Origin: Paramoeba atlantica
Lineage: Eukaryota > Protista > Discosea
DNA: 64,000 bases
Reading direction: 5' to 3'
NCBI GenBank assembly: GCA_977017575.1
Contig: CDRNVI010000007.1
Location: 300,102 to 364,101, forward strand
Shown: positions 43,652 through 53,049 of the stretch, piece after piece
How positions within the stretch are numbered: the first letter of the stretch is position 1
Layout of the letters: every line of letters begins with the position of its first letter
Notes under the pieces: model-generated
Seen by the model: the letters and a program-made list of their open reading frames with translations, nothing else
Databases searched by the model: none
What the model was told of the DNA's origin: nothing
Translations under genes and position numbers: made by a program

Positions 43652-45508
43652 ATGCATTTATGGACCCCACTCCTTCTCCACTTTCTCTTCACGGTCAGCC
43701 CACCACGTCTCCTTACGCAGCCCCTCTCCCTTCCCCACGTCCACACCCTGGACTGCAGTCTCCCCCTCTGTCACCCCCCAGCGGGGGTGTCCCGACTTTT
43801 CTGCACCCTGTTCCGTCCTCTCTTTCGCTACTTTGGTCTCCCATGGTGTCAACACCCTCGACCCCCGGTTCGTGACTTCCGTCGACGCTCCCATAGTGCT
43901 GACGCCGTCCCTTCCCGAACAAAAGGACACGCGTCGCCCTTGTTTCCTCCCCAGCAAGCAGCATCCCATCCGGACGACCATAACCCGTTCACTACTTCAC
44001 GTCCTTTTCCCCCTGGCGCAATGCCCTCCTCTTCCACCCTCTCCGGCCCTCTCACGAAGGTGGGTCTCTCCCCTACCCCTTTAATTGCCAGTCTCCCCGA
44101 TCTTCGTTCCTCTCTCTCTCGCCCGCTTCACCGCCTCTCCTCCTCTCATCTTCGGAAACGAGGAGCGCGAAAAAAAAAAGACAGGCGTCGTTGGCGCTCA
44201 CGTTCCATGACCGCGCTGGACGTGGAGCAAATCGCGGAGGCGCAAATTCGCCACGCCACCCGGGAGAGTGGGATTGAGGATTTTGTGGCCTCCGCGGGGT
44301 CGTTGGCACAAAACCAGAGGCAGGGGCCGCGGCGTCCGCTGCCGATTGCACTCGCCCCCGAGGACCGGCACACCCAAAGTCGGTTTCCTCGACGTGTCCA
44401 GGCGTTGAATTTGACAACGATGGAGTCCGATATTGGGGGCGCGGGATGGCTTGTGGGGCAGCAGTCGCTGTTGGAGCGTGTGCGAGTGGCACTCTCACAG
44501 CCGGAGCAGTACCGTATTGTGCGAAGACACGGGAGTCGACAAACGGAGTACGTGTTGTGGACCTCAGAAAGACCGTTGGCACGTTTTTTGACGTGGACCC
44601 CTCACTGTGATTATATTGCCTACTCCCGACGGATGCTACGGCATCGAGAAGAGAACAAGGAGGGGGAGGAGGAGGAGGAGGAGCACGATGATTCTCTGTC
44701 CTCTCCAATGCTTTCTCCTCAATCTCAGCCTCCGCATGAGGTTGTGCAACAGCTCCAGCGGAAGATACGCAACCAGGTGGCTCGATACGCGTTGGACTAT
44801 GAGGGTAGTCTCTCTGTCCCGATAACAGTTCCCGTTGTGATTGAGGAACTTGGAATTGGTACGCTACAGGAATACATTCCAGGGGATGTTCTCCCCTCCG
44901 ATATGGACAGCTATGAAGAGCTTGAAAAGAGATTTTTTGGGTCGTTTCCTCCGACACTGGCTTCACCTCAACCGAAACATCAGATGGAAGAGATCTTCAG
45001 TTGTGAGTCCGCACAGTTCTTGTTCGTTCTTGATGCCCTGACAGGCATCACGAACCGAGATCCTCGTACGCTGCAACACATCTACAAGGCAGCGGGGTCC
45101 GAATCTTACCCTTTGGCTAACGGGATAGGATCACGGCACAGCGGTTCACATGAATTCGTTATCGGATTCATCTCTTCCGACTTCGGACTGTGTTTCGACG
45201 GCATTTCCAACTTTCACCCTCTATTTTCTACTGCGACGTTCTATTCATCGTTTCCCCACATGCATACTCCGTTTTTGCCAAGAGTCCGTCGATATCTACA
45301 AAGTGCCCTTCCCTCCGCCATAGATACGCTGCGCTCTCACTTAGTAAACACAAAGGATCCTATGATGGAGACCTACATGGAAGATCTTCAGCACGCTGCG
45401 AAATGTCTTAGGGAGGGCGCGGAAAAAGAAATGACGCCCATTGAAATTATGCGCAAATGCTTAGCTACCGGAGTCGTTTCATCAACACTGAGTTTTCTTG
45501 GGTGGTAG
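43652..45508 (+). CDS. type II PI4K-like protein, probable pseudokinase (start uncertain, possibly 44207)
   Basis: RNQVARYALDYEGSLSVP, GTLQEYI, LDALTGITNRD, SDFGLCF, TPFLPRVRRYL follow the PI4K-II motif order but the catalytic Lys and Asp appear replaced. Confidence 0.6.
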   Translation: MHLWTPLLLHFLFTVSPPRLLTQPLSLPHVHTLDCSLPLCHPPAGVSRLFCTLFRPLFRYFGLPWCQHPRPPVRDFRRRSHSADAVPSRTKGHASPLFPPQQAASHPDDHNPFTTSRPFPPGAMPSSSTLSGPLTKVGLSPTPLIASLPDLRSSLSRPLHRLSSSHLRKRGARKKKDRRRWRSRSMTALDVEQIAEAQIRHATRESGIEDFVASAGSLAQNQRQGPRRPLPIALAPEDRHTQSRFPRRVQALNLTTMESDIGGAGWLVGQQSLLERVRVALSQPEQYRIVRRHGSRQTEYVLWTSERPLARFLTWTPHCDYIAYSRRMLRHREENKEGEEEEEEHDDSLSSPMLSPQSQPPHEVVQQLQRKIRNQVARYALDYEGSLSVPITVPVVIEELGIGTLQEYIPGDVLPSDMDSYEELEKRFFGSFPPTLASPQPKHQMEEIFSCESAQFLFVLDALTGITNRDPRTLQHIYKAAGSESYPLANGIGSRHSGSHEFVIGFISSDFGLCFDGISNFHPLFSTATFYSSFPHMHTPFLPRVRRYLQSALPSAIDTLRSHLVNTKDPMMETYMEDLQHAAKCLREGAEKEMTPIEIMRKCLATGVVSSTLSFLGW

Positions 45509-46174
45509 TCCAGGCCAGTGGAAGCTCCTTTTAAAAGCTTCTAAATTCTACCTCGTAAACTAGAATTTTGCGTAACTTGTTTTCATAGACTTGCTTTACT
45601 AGTTTTTAGATTCTACTAGAGTATTTTATAGTTTTTTTCTGAATTTTGTCATCCTATTGCGGTAGAGTATTAAACGTGTAAAGTGCTACGATTCTCCAGA
45701 ATTTAACCTTTCACACGCCACACCTCTCCATCTTGTGCATGGTTGGTCCTATCATATGGATACTGGTTTGATCAACCCTGTCGACCGCAATCGGCATTAT
45801 TCCCATTAACTTATTCAATCTTATCCATTTCGTTTCGCTTTTTTCTCTTCTCAACACATTCAAACGCAACGTGTTACGCCCTATCACTTATAAAACATCC
45901 GCTTTCCTCTACAACCTATACCCTTCACTTTTCTACAACACGTCCAGCCCCATTTAAACGTAACCTTAAAAAAGTGAGCATAAAAAACAAGAGAAATGAA
46001 TTTAATCAAAGAAAAAAATTAATCCTAAAAAACAGGCTTCACAGAAACCTTAAAACCTTACAAATAAAAATACAATAATATATAATACAATAAAAAAGAA
46101 ACGACTTTACACGAACCTTCCTTTTTTTCACAACAACAAAACACTTCCTCTCCCCTTACTTACCCTCTCTCCCC

Positions 46175-47101
46175 ATGACCACCGCCCCCTCCCCCTACCC
46201 CACCTGGATGAACTTCCCCGCGGGCACCCTTGCCGGGGCCACCGCCTGGGCCCTCATCCACCCCCTCGACAGCATCAAGGTCCACGTCCAGATGCGCGCG
46301 GAGGCCAAGGCCGACACGGGCCTGGCCTCCGTCGTGCGGGCTATCCTCAAGGAGCGCGGGCCCGCGGGGCTCTACGACGGGCTAAGCGCGGGGGTCTCGC
46401 GGCAGCTGGTGTACGCGACCGTGCGCCTGGGGGGCTACGATGTGTTCCGAGACGCCATCGTGCGCCGTCGTGCCGCGGAGGGGGGGGTGCCGGTGGCCAC
46501 GTTCGGGGATCGCCTGGTGGCGGGGGCGCTGAGTGGGGGGTTTGCGGCCTACCTGAGTTGTCCGGTGGAGGTGGCGATGGTGCGGATGCAGGCGGATGGG
46601 TCGGGACCGGCGGGGGAACGGAGGGGGTATGCGCATGTGGGGGATGCGTTGCGTCGGATTGCGACGGAGGAGGGGGTGAGGACGTATTGGCGGGGGTCGA
46701 CCCCGACGGTGGTGCGGGCCACCGCGGTGGGGGTGACCCAAGTGGGGTTTTATGATCAGTGTAAATCGTGGCTGGTTCAGAGTGGGTATTTCGCGCCGAC
46801 CTCCGTGTCCACGTTTGTAACATCCTCCCTGATTACGGGGGTGGTTTATTCTTTTCTTACGATGCCGATTGAGACGGTGAAAATTCGTATGCAGAATCAA
46901 AAGCCACAGGCGGACGGTTCGCTGCGTTATCGTAATATGGCACAGGCGTTAGGGAATGTTGCCCGTGTGGAGGGCGTTTCTTCCCTTTGGCGAGGCTATG
47001 TTCCGTATTACACTCGTTGTGGTTTACATACATTGAGCTGCTTTTTTGTTTTGGAGCAATGTAAAGCGTTTTTGACCTGGAGTTATGCCCCGAAAATGTA
47101 G
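46175..47101 (+). CDS. mitochondrial carrier, 2-oxoglutarate/malate-dicarboxylate type (SLC25A11-like)
   Basis: Three Px[DE]xx[KR]xR signatures (HPLDSIK, CPVEVAMVRMQADG, MPIETVKIRMQ); GLSAGVSRQLVYATVRLG; WRGSTPTVVRA. Confidence 0.9.
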   Translation: MTTAPSPYPTWMNFPAGTLAGATAWALIHPLDSIKVHVQMRAEAKADTGLASVVRAILKERGPAGLYDGLSAGVSRQLVYATVRLGGYDVFRDAIVRRRAAEGGVPVATFGDRLVAGALSGGFAAYLSCPVEVAMVRMQADGSGPAGERRGYAHVGDALRRIATEEGVRTYWRGSTPTVVRATAVGVTQVGFYDQCKSWLVQSGYFAPTSVSTFVTSSLITGVVYSFLTMPIETVKIRMQNQKPQADGSLRYRNMAQALGNVARVEGVSSLWRGYVPYYTRCGLHTLSCFFVLEQCKAFLTWSYAPKM

Positions 47102-47774
47102 AACGTTCGCGCAAGGGTAGTCATGTAGAAGGAATCATACGTACACATACGAATGTGTATTTTTCTTAACGTTTTTTTATAACATGTAGTGCTTGCAGAT
47201 TCATGAATATTCTGTTTCATGCATATTTTTCCTCTTGTCTTTATTTCGTAGACTATATTTTCTTTGTTTCGCAACAAACCCTGTGTTAAGCCAATGCGCT
47301 AGGAACGCACCGATTATTCGCTGGAGAATAGAAAGATAGTAGTGGGTATTATAATCAGTATTTTGAGACGATTTTTTTCAGTGATCAGAAATAGACGATT
47401 TTTATAATGTATGTGCTTGTGTAATGAAGTACGTTATCATAAGGCCATCGGGCTTGTGTACTTTCTTGGGGACTACATCCATTATTTCTTTATCAAGAAC
47501 CACATTTCGTATCGTTCCCTTATCTTACAGCCATTATTATCATTGTGATAGTGTACTAAAAGGAAGTGCAGTGCATGTTTCACCGAAACTTGTTGTTGCG
47601 TATTATTGCATAAGTATTATTCTACTTGGTATTTTTACTTCGTATTTTCTGTTCCATTGGTGAGTTTGTGACACACTACTATTGGTGGCATGTTGGCTTC
47701 CTCTTTCCAGCAGAAGAAACTTTATAAATTATCGCCGTGAAAAAAGGCTGTTCGGTCACTGCAGCTTCTTTTTC

Positions 47775-49400
47775 ATGAAAGAGAACGCTACTCCGGCTCT
47801 CATACTTTTGCTTGACGTAGTAAAACAGAGTAGCGTCGAATGCTTCATATCTAAACTTGGTTCGAATGCAGCACAAACGACTTTGTGTGATGAAATAAAG
47901 AGATGTGCATTTCTTTCTATGACTCCAGAAAAGGGCATTGATGAAACCACTGAAAAGGTTATTTTAGCTATATTATTACGTGTTGTAGCATACAGGAGCA
48001 TTACGAAACAGAGAATGGCGGGTATCAAGGCAATGGAAAGTGTGTTATCACCAAATTTGTTGCCAGCTATGGCTTCAATGCTTTATCACATGTCGCAGCA
48101 TAGCGAAATTTACATAGTATTGAGTAGCGTCTACGCTAGCAATGCGATGTATCTGCATTTTTTGGAGCACTACAGCGTAAGTTGGTTCGAAGATGTAACA
48201 GCTTTGGTGCATAGGTTGCAGAAAAAAGAAATTCAGACCAAACCGTTTGGTATGAATGAAGTTACTAAACTTGTTAAACAGACACAATGTTTAGTTTTTT
48301 CCCTTCGAGGTCTTTATGCGACATGTCCTATGATAGTGCCGTTCATGAAGGTTTCTTTCGTGCTTCAAGGGCTTGCCTTGTTGATTGATATAGTACTGCC
48401 CCAACTCTTACACTTGGCAACACACAATTCCAAGATAGGATATCGAAGAGCTTCCATACAACGACTATTGTCTTCCATCTTTAATGACGCTCTTGAAACC
48501 TCATGTGGGGTTTCTTGTTTTTCTTTTTCTCAGTTGAAGACCGAGTTGGTCGAATTTGTGGATAGTAGAGTCTCTCGCATGTTGCGTTTGACGTGTAACA
48601 GTTCTTGCGCACACTTTCTCCGACAACATCCTGAAATGAAATTTGGTACGTGGCTAAGACAATTGCGTCACATTCAACCTGTTTCCAATGCTGCCCTCGA
48701 CAATGCTATTGCTATCGAGCATGTCATGATCGATGGTGTACCTCATTACTCGCCACATGTATTTGCTTCTTTAATTACGGCTTTGTCGCACCACACAAAG
48801 ACGTTCAAGTCCGATCGCCAGGACGTATTCGCCGCCACTGTCCTCGGTGCTCTTCTTCCTTCTGAAAAAATTGTGCAACAACCAATTACCGAGTTTTCGG
48901 ATCGTGTTGAGCAAATTCTTGAGATATTTCCTAAGTGGCCGGGAGATTTTGCGAGATATGCGCTTGAGCATTACAAAGGAAATGTTGAACTTCTCGTTGA
49001 AGATGCTTTACAGGAAAACTTGCCGACATCCCTTTCGGAAAGTCTAGAAATATCTAAACTAGCTTTGGAAGTAAGGAAAGGAATAGACACAGATATTCAC
49101 AATAGGCCAAATCATCCACCCGATTTCTGTGGAATTATTGGTTCAAAGATTTCCGTTCAATTACCTCACGTAGAGAGCTCAAGTACATACGACTTATTTA
49201 AAGGGCCAAACTGCCATGAAAGTGGTGACTCTGATTTTCTTGCTGTTAATGTGAGTGCGAAATTCATGACCCCATCTACAGAAGAAACTTGTGACGACGA
49301 GCCCGAAGATAGCGATGAATCAGCGTATTCGTTTCGCGTGGCAGAAATTGCGTCTCTTGAAACTGACTCATCGGATAATGATCAGAATTCTATTTTTTGA
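47775..49400 (+). CDS. CUE-domain protein (ASCC2/Cue3-like)
   Basis: VEQILEIFPKWPGDFARYALEHYKGNVELLVEDALQENLP is a CUE motif after a helical N-terminal region. Confidence 0.7.
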   Translation: MKENATPALILLLDVVKQSSVECFISKLGSNAAQTTLCDEIKRCAFLSMTPEKGIDETTEKVILAILLRVVAYRSITKQRMAGIKAMESVLSPNLLPAMASMLYHMSQHSEIYIVLSSVYASNAMYLHFLEHYSVSWFEDVTALVHRLQKKEIQTKPFGMNEVTKLVKQTQCLVFSLRGLYATCPMIVPFMKVSFVLQGLALLIDIVLPQLLHLATHNSKIGYRRASIQRLLSSIFNDALETSCGVSCFSFSQLKTELVEFVDSRVSRMLRLTCNSSCAHFLRQHPEMKFGTWLRQLRHIQPVSNAALDNAIAIEHVMIDGVPHYSPHVFASLITALSHHTKTFKSDRQDVFAATVLGALLPSEKIVQQPITEFSDRVEQILEIFPKWPGDFARYALEHYKGNVELLVEDALQENLPTSLSESLEISKLALEVRKGIDTDIHNRPNHPPDFCGIIGSKISVQLPHVESSSTYDLFKGPNCHESGDSDFLAVNVSAKFMTPSTEETCDDEPEDSDESAYSFRVAEIASLETDSSDNDQNSIF

Positions 49401-49411
49401 TGCTCATTCTA

Positions 49412-49980
49412 CGGGGGGGATCAGCTAATGCTGGGGGGGGTCTAAAATTTGTAAAACTTGGCCAATTTTAGAAAATAATAGTGCATTCCAGAGCTCACAC
49501 ACAGCCCTCCTGTGGAGGATATGTCGTTGTGCATAAAATCAACAGTTTTATAAAATGGTGGGAGGGTTAAAAACGTCGATTGCAAGTTTTTTAAGAAATT
49601 CTGACGTTTTTTCCCCGAAACGTAAAACCAAACTTAGTACTCAGTGACGCCCGTTCCTCTCTATAGCAATATTTATGTACCCTGGGGTGAGAAACGGCTC
49701 TCCGGCAATTTCTCCCGAAGTGAAAGTGAAAATACTCGTCTTTGAGGCATGAATGATGAAAACAGGAGAAATCTCAAAAGAAATCGAAAAAATAGCAAAA
49801 AATGCAAGTCGAAAAAACGTATTTTCACTTTAAAATGCGTCGTGTATAAAAGCACGAGAAACGATATATCCTCCACAGGAGGGCTGTGTGAGAGCTCTCG
49901 AATGTGCTATTATTTTCCAAAAATTGACCAAGTTTTACAAATTTTAGACCCTTCCCCCCAGCATTAGTTGATCCCCCCTG
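49412..49980. mobile_element. 569-bp non-autonomous derivative (MITE) of the DD32E Tc1-like family
   Basis: ~130-bp TIRs sharing GGGGGGTCTAAAATTTGTAAAA...AAAATAATAG.GCATT..GAGCTC with 25645-27261; TA at 49410-49411 and 49981-49982; retains MPQRRV start on the minus strand. Confidence 0.88.
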
Positions 49981-50189
49981 TATATTTTCTTTATGCGCAG
50001 GAAATACTGTACACTTTAGTTTCTTCTAGTATGCCGTAGTATCCCTAGCACCTACCACATAGCCTTCGTGTAATAAAACGTGAAAATAAAATTAAAAAAT
50101 AAACTTGATACCATAGAAAAGTGGCTACTAGCAGTGTAATTGCTCTCATATTGCAAGAGTTGTGATTGCGGGACAGATAGATAAGGAAA

Positions 50190-51056
50190 ATGGCTCTCGT
50201 AAAGTTTAACACGCTGGTAAAGTTTAACACTCTGGTAAAGTTTATTTTTTGCAGCATACAAGAATTAATCTTTTTTGGTGGTGCAATGTCAAAATCTGTG
50301 TCTTGGAAGTATTCTTACATGCATCAGGCCTTATTTGTGTGGTTCTCACTTTTCTTCTGCGCCGACGAAGTTGGATACGTGAATCGAGCAGCCAAAGTCG
50401 ATGCTAGATTATTTCCGCAAGATACGAAGCTATGGAAATTTATTGAAAACTGGAAAACCCAACCCAAAGGATGGGTTCTACCGAACGCAAAGCAACGAAG
50501 CGCTGCTTCTGTTTGTTCATGGGAGGGAATATTATGTGATTCATCGGGTATTGTCCGTACCTTGGATTGTACCGATAAGGGTCTTGAAGGAAATATCACA
50601 CTTGTATACCTTCCTGACAGTTCGCGTCAGCTGCACATCGGTCGAAACAAATTTACAGGGATATTAGACGTAGCTGATTTACCCCCTCTCATTAGTTCCT
50701 TTTCTTCACATTATAACTTACATTACGGCGGAATTGATCTTTCTCTTCTACCTCCCCCAACAGAGACGCTGCGTCTTCAAAATAATAAATTATCTGGCTC
50801 ACTCATCTTTTCTTCCCTTCCAAAACTTATTAGAAAGATAGATTTGAGTCGTAATTGCTTTAGCGGCTTACTTTCTTTGGAACATCTTCCACAGTCTCTC
50901 CGATACTTATATCTGGCGCATAATAATTTTTCTGGACGAATAGTCTTTGGAAAATGGTTTCAAAATGCCGATATTTCCGTTACTTTGGAGGGAAATCAGT
51001 TAAGATGTAATTCGGCACCTGATGGAGTCTTCTTTGGTACGCAGCAAGAGTCTTGA
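50190..51056 (+). CDS. leucine-rich repeat protein (start uncertain)
   Basis: VCSWEGILCD cap and ~6 LxxLPxxLxxLxLxxNxFSG repeats; the first codons are an 18-bp tandem triplication. Confidence 0.85.
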   Translation: MALVKFNTLVKFNTLVKFIFCSIQELIFFGGAMSKSVSWKYSYMHQALFVWFSLFFCADEVGYVNRAAKVDARLFPQDTKLWKFIENWKTQPKGWVLPNAKQRSAASVCSWEGILCDSSGIVRTLDCTDKGLEGNITLVYLPDSSRQLHIGRNKFTGILDVADLPPLISSFSSHYNLHYGGIDLSLLPPPTETLRLQNNKLSGSLIFSSLPKLIRKIDLSRNCFSGLLSLEHLPQSLRYLYLAHNNFSGRIVFGKWFQNADISVTLEGNQLRCNSAPDGVFFGTQQES

Positions 51057-51338
51057 CTATTGAATCATAATTCTATATTGGATTGAAAGGTGGTGCAAAG
51101 TGTCTTACTGTTTGTCTCTTACCCTTTTCTTTCTTTAATTAAGATCCACCAGAACTCTTGTTCTTCGAAGAAATAAAGTTTTATAGCGCAAAGCAGCTTA
51201 GAATTTCGAAATCAGTTGAATGCCAAAGAAATTAAGTCCAAAAACAACTAGCTCTCACGGTACAAATTTTAGCCCTCCCCCGGAAATTGGACCCCCATGC
51301 ATATTTCAACGGGTAAAATTTAAGCTTATTATTATTTC

Positions 51339-52088
51339 ATGGGTTTGCGATACTTGGCCAAAGTCATCTTTGCCAATAGTTGTACGATTCAACAGCTTTC
51401 TTTACTCATGGCTGATTCAGATGTGGTTCGAAGCGGTAAAGTACGCGGTACAACTGTTCCTGTAGAATACGAATTGTCTCGGCTAGTTTCAAATATCTCA
51501 AATCCACACAAGAGTTGGACAACTCACAATACAGTCGAGAAATGGCAGGGTGTAATTTTCGACAATGAAATAAACGCTGTACACTCTATACGATGGGGTC
51601 GTGATCCAAAAACAAATCCTTTTTACTTCACTCCAGAATATTGTGGATCTATTCTTTGGGAATATTTATCGGAAGGTCTCGTGCTTTTTGATGTGGCGTT
51701 CAACGCCCTAGAAGGGCACGTCCCTTTGGCTAAACTTCCTTCTACTTTGCAACGAATGTACGTTCAGGTAAACAAACATATAGGTCCTATTGATCTGCAG
51801 AATCTCCCATGCTTCCTAACGGAGCTGAATTTGAGCTTTAACGACTTTTCTGGTTCTGTTGCCTTTAATCGCCTTCCTCAAAGCCTGGAAATTCTCCTAC
51901 TTCATTCAAATAGTTTTCACGGGTCTCTTGATCTGACCCACCTCCCTCCTTCCCTTCGTTTTTTGAATTTGGAGGACAACTGTTTCGAAGGAGATGTTGA
52001 TCTTTCTCTTTTGAACGACAAACTTGATTTACGTCTTCCGCGGAATAAAGATCTGAGAGCGCATGGCCTGCGCTGTCAGCCCCAATAA
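51339..52088 (+). CDS. leucine-rich repeat protein (likely start ~51408)
   Basis: KWQGVIFD cap and ~6 LxxLPxxLxxLxLxxNxFxGxxDL repeats. Confidence 0.85.
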   Translation: MGLRYLAKVIFANSCTIQQLSLLMADSDVVRSGKVRGTTVPVEYELSRLVSNISNPHKSWTTHNTVEKWQGVIFDNEINAVHSIRWGRDPKTNPFYFTPEYCGSILWEYLSEGLVLFDVAFNALEGHVPLAKLPSTLQRMYVQVNKHIGPIDLQNLPCFLTELNLSFNDFSGSVAFNRLPQSLEILLLHSNSFHGSLDLTHLPPSLRFLNLEDNCFEGDVDLSLLNDKLDLRLPRNKDLRAHGLRCQPQ

Positions 52089-52483
52089 TAGCATGCGTTA
52101 TAAGCGATAAATTGCGGTGGTTGCATGACTATCGCTCCACTCTCGATTGTAAGAATTGCCGGTATTTTATGGAAAATAAACCCCAAAATCCACTAAGTTC
52201 CAAAAATACACTAACTAAAATAATTCCTTATAATTTAGTTCCTTGTACCATGTTATGATCAGGGTTCGACTTTCCGGTGGAATACGCTGATTTGGGGGAG
52301 AGGAAGCCCGATATATCTTGACCATTAAGGAAAAAACTGAAAAAATGGATTTCTTTAGGGTGGACAAAAAGAAATCGGGGTTTTCGACAAAACTTTTAAT
52401 GTCTCTGAAGAAAAAATGTCGCTCTAGTGAAAAGAATATCGGATTCGAGACGATTGGTTAGAAAAACAGTCTCATACCAAATA

Positions 52484-52832
52484 AACCCTGTTCCGGGTTA
52501 TTGTGCACTTATTGTGCAGGGGGGGCACAATAAGTGGAAACAACCACTATTATTGTGCCCCCCCCTCCCAAATGTGGCGCCGCCAGGCGGCGCCGTAATT
52601 TTTTGGTGGTTTTTTGTTTCCATTTTCTCAAAAATAACGTAGTTTGTTCAACAACGCATCCCTTAAATTGAACTTATTCTGCACATGAACGTGTTTGTCC
52701 ACAAAAAAGGTGCAGCGAAGCGGCGCCAAATTTTTTTTTACCTTTTTTTTTGGTTTTCCAATATTTACATGTAGTTATTGTGCCTAGAGCCAGTTATTGT
52801 GCAGGGGGGGCAAAATAACCCGGAACAGGGTT
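52484..52832. mobile_element. 349-bp MITE
   Basis: Perfect 19-bp TIR AACCCTGTTCCGGGTTATT; TA at 52482-52483 and 52833-52834; subterminal TTATTGTGC repeats. Confidence 0.88.
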
Positions 52833-53049
52833 TAGTTGCAAGATAGAAGAAATTACAAGACCTGTAGGGGGGGGGTAAATAAAGCTGGACAGGGGTGTAT
52901 AAGCTCGTTTCTAAATCGTTTCTTACCACGCTCATTGTTATCATATCGAAGTTGTGGTGTTGTACAGCTACGCACTAATTATTTGTTTCACAGAAGTTTC
53001 AGACAAAAGTGTCTCTTGTTTAAAGAGTTTTAAAATTAATGAATATTTG

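Noticed and set aside
345-47114. Many 60-300-aa minus-strand and nested ORFs in the track (e.g. 44073-44966, 46347-46823)
   Set aside because: They are antisense or alternative frames of confident + strand genes, inflated by GC- or C-rich composition, with no recognisable motifs
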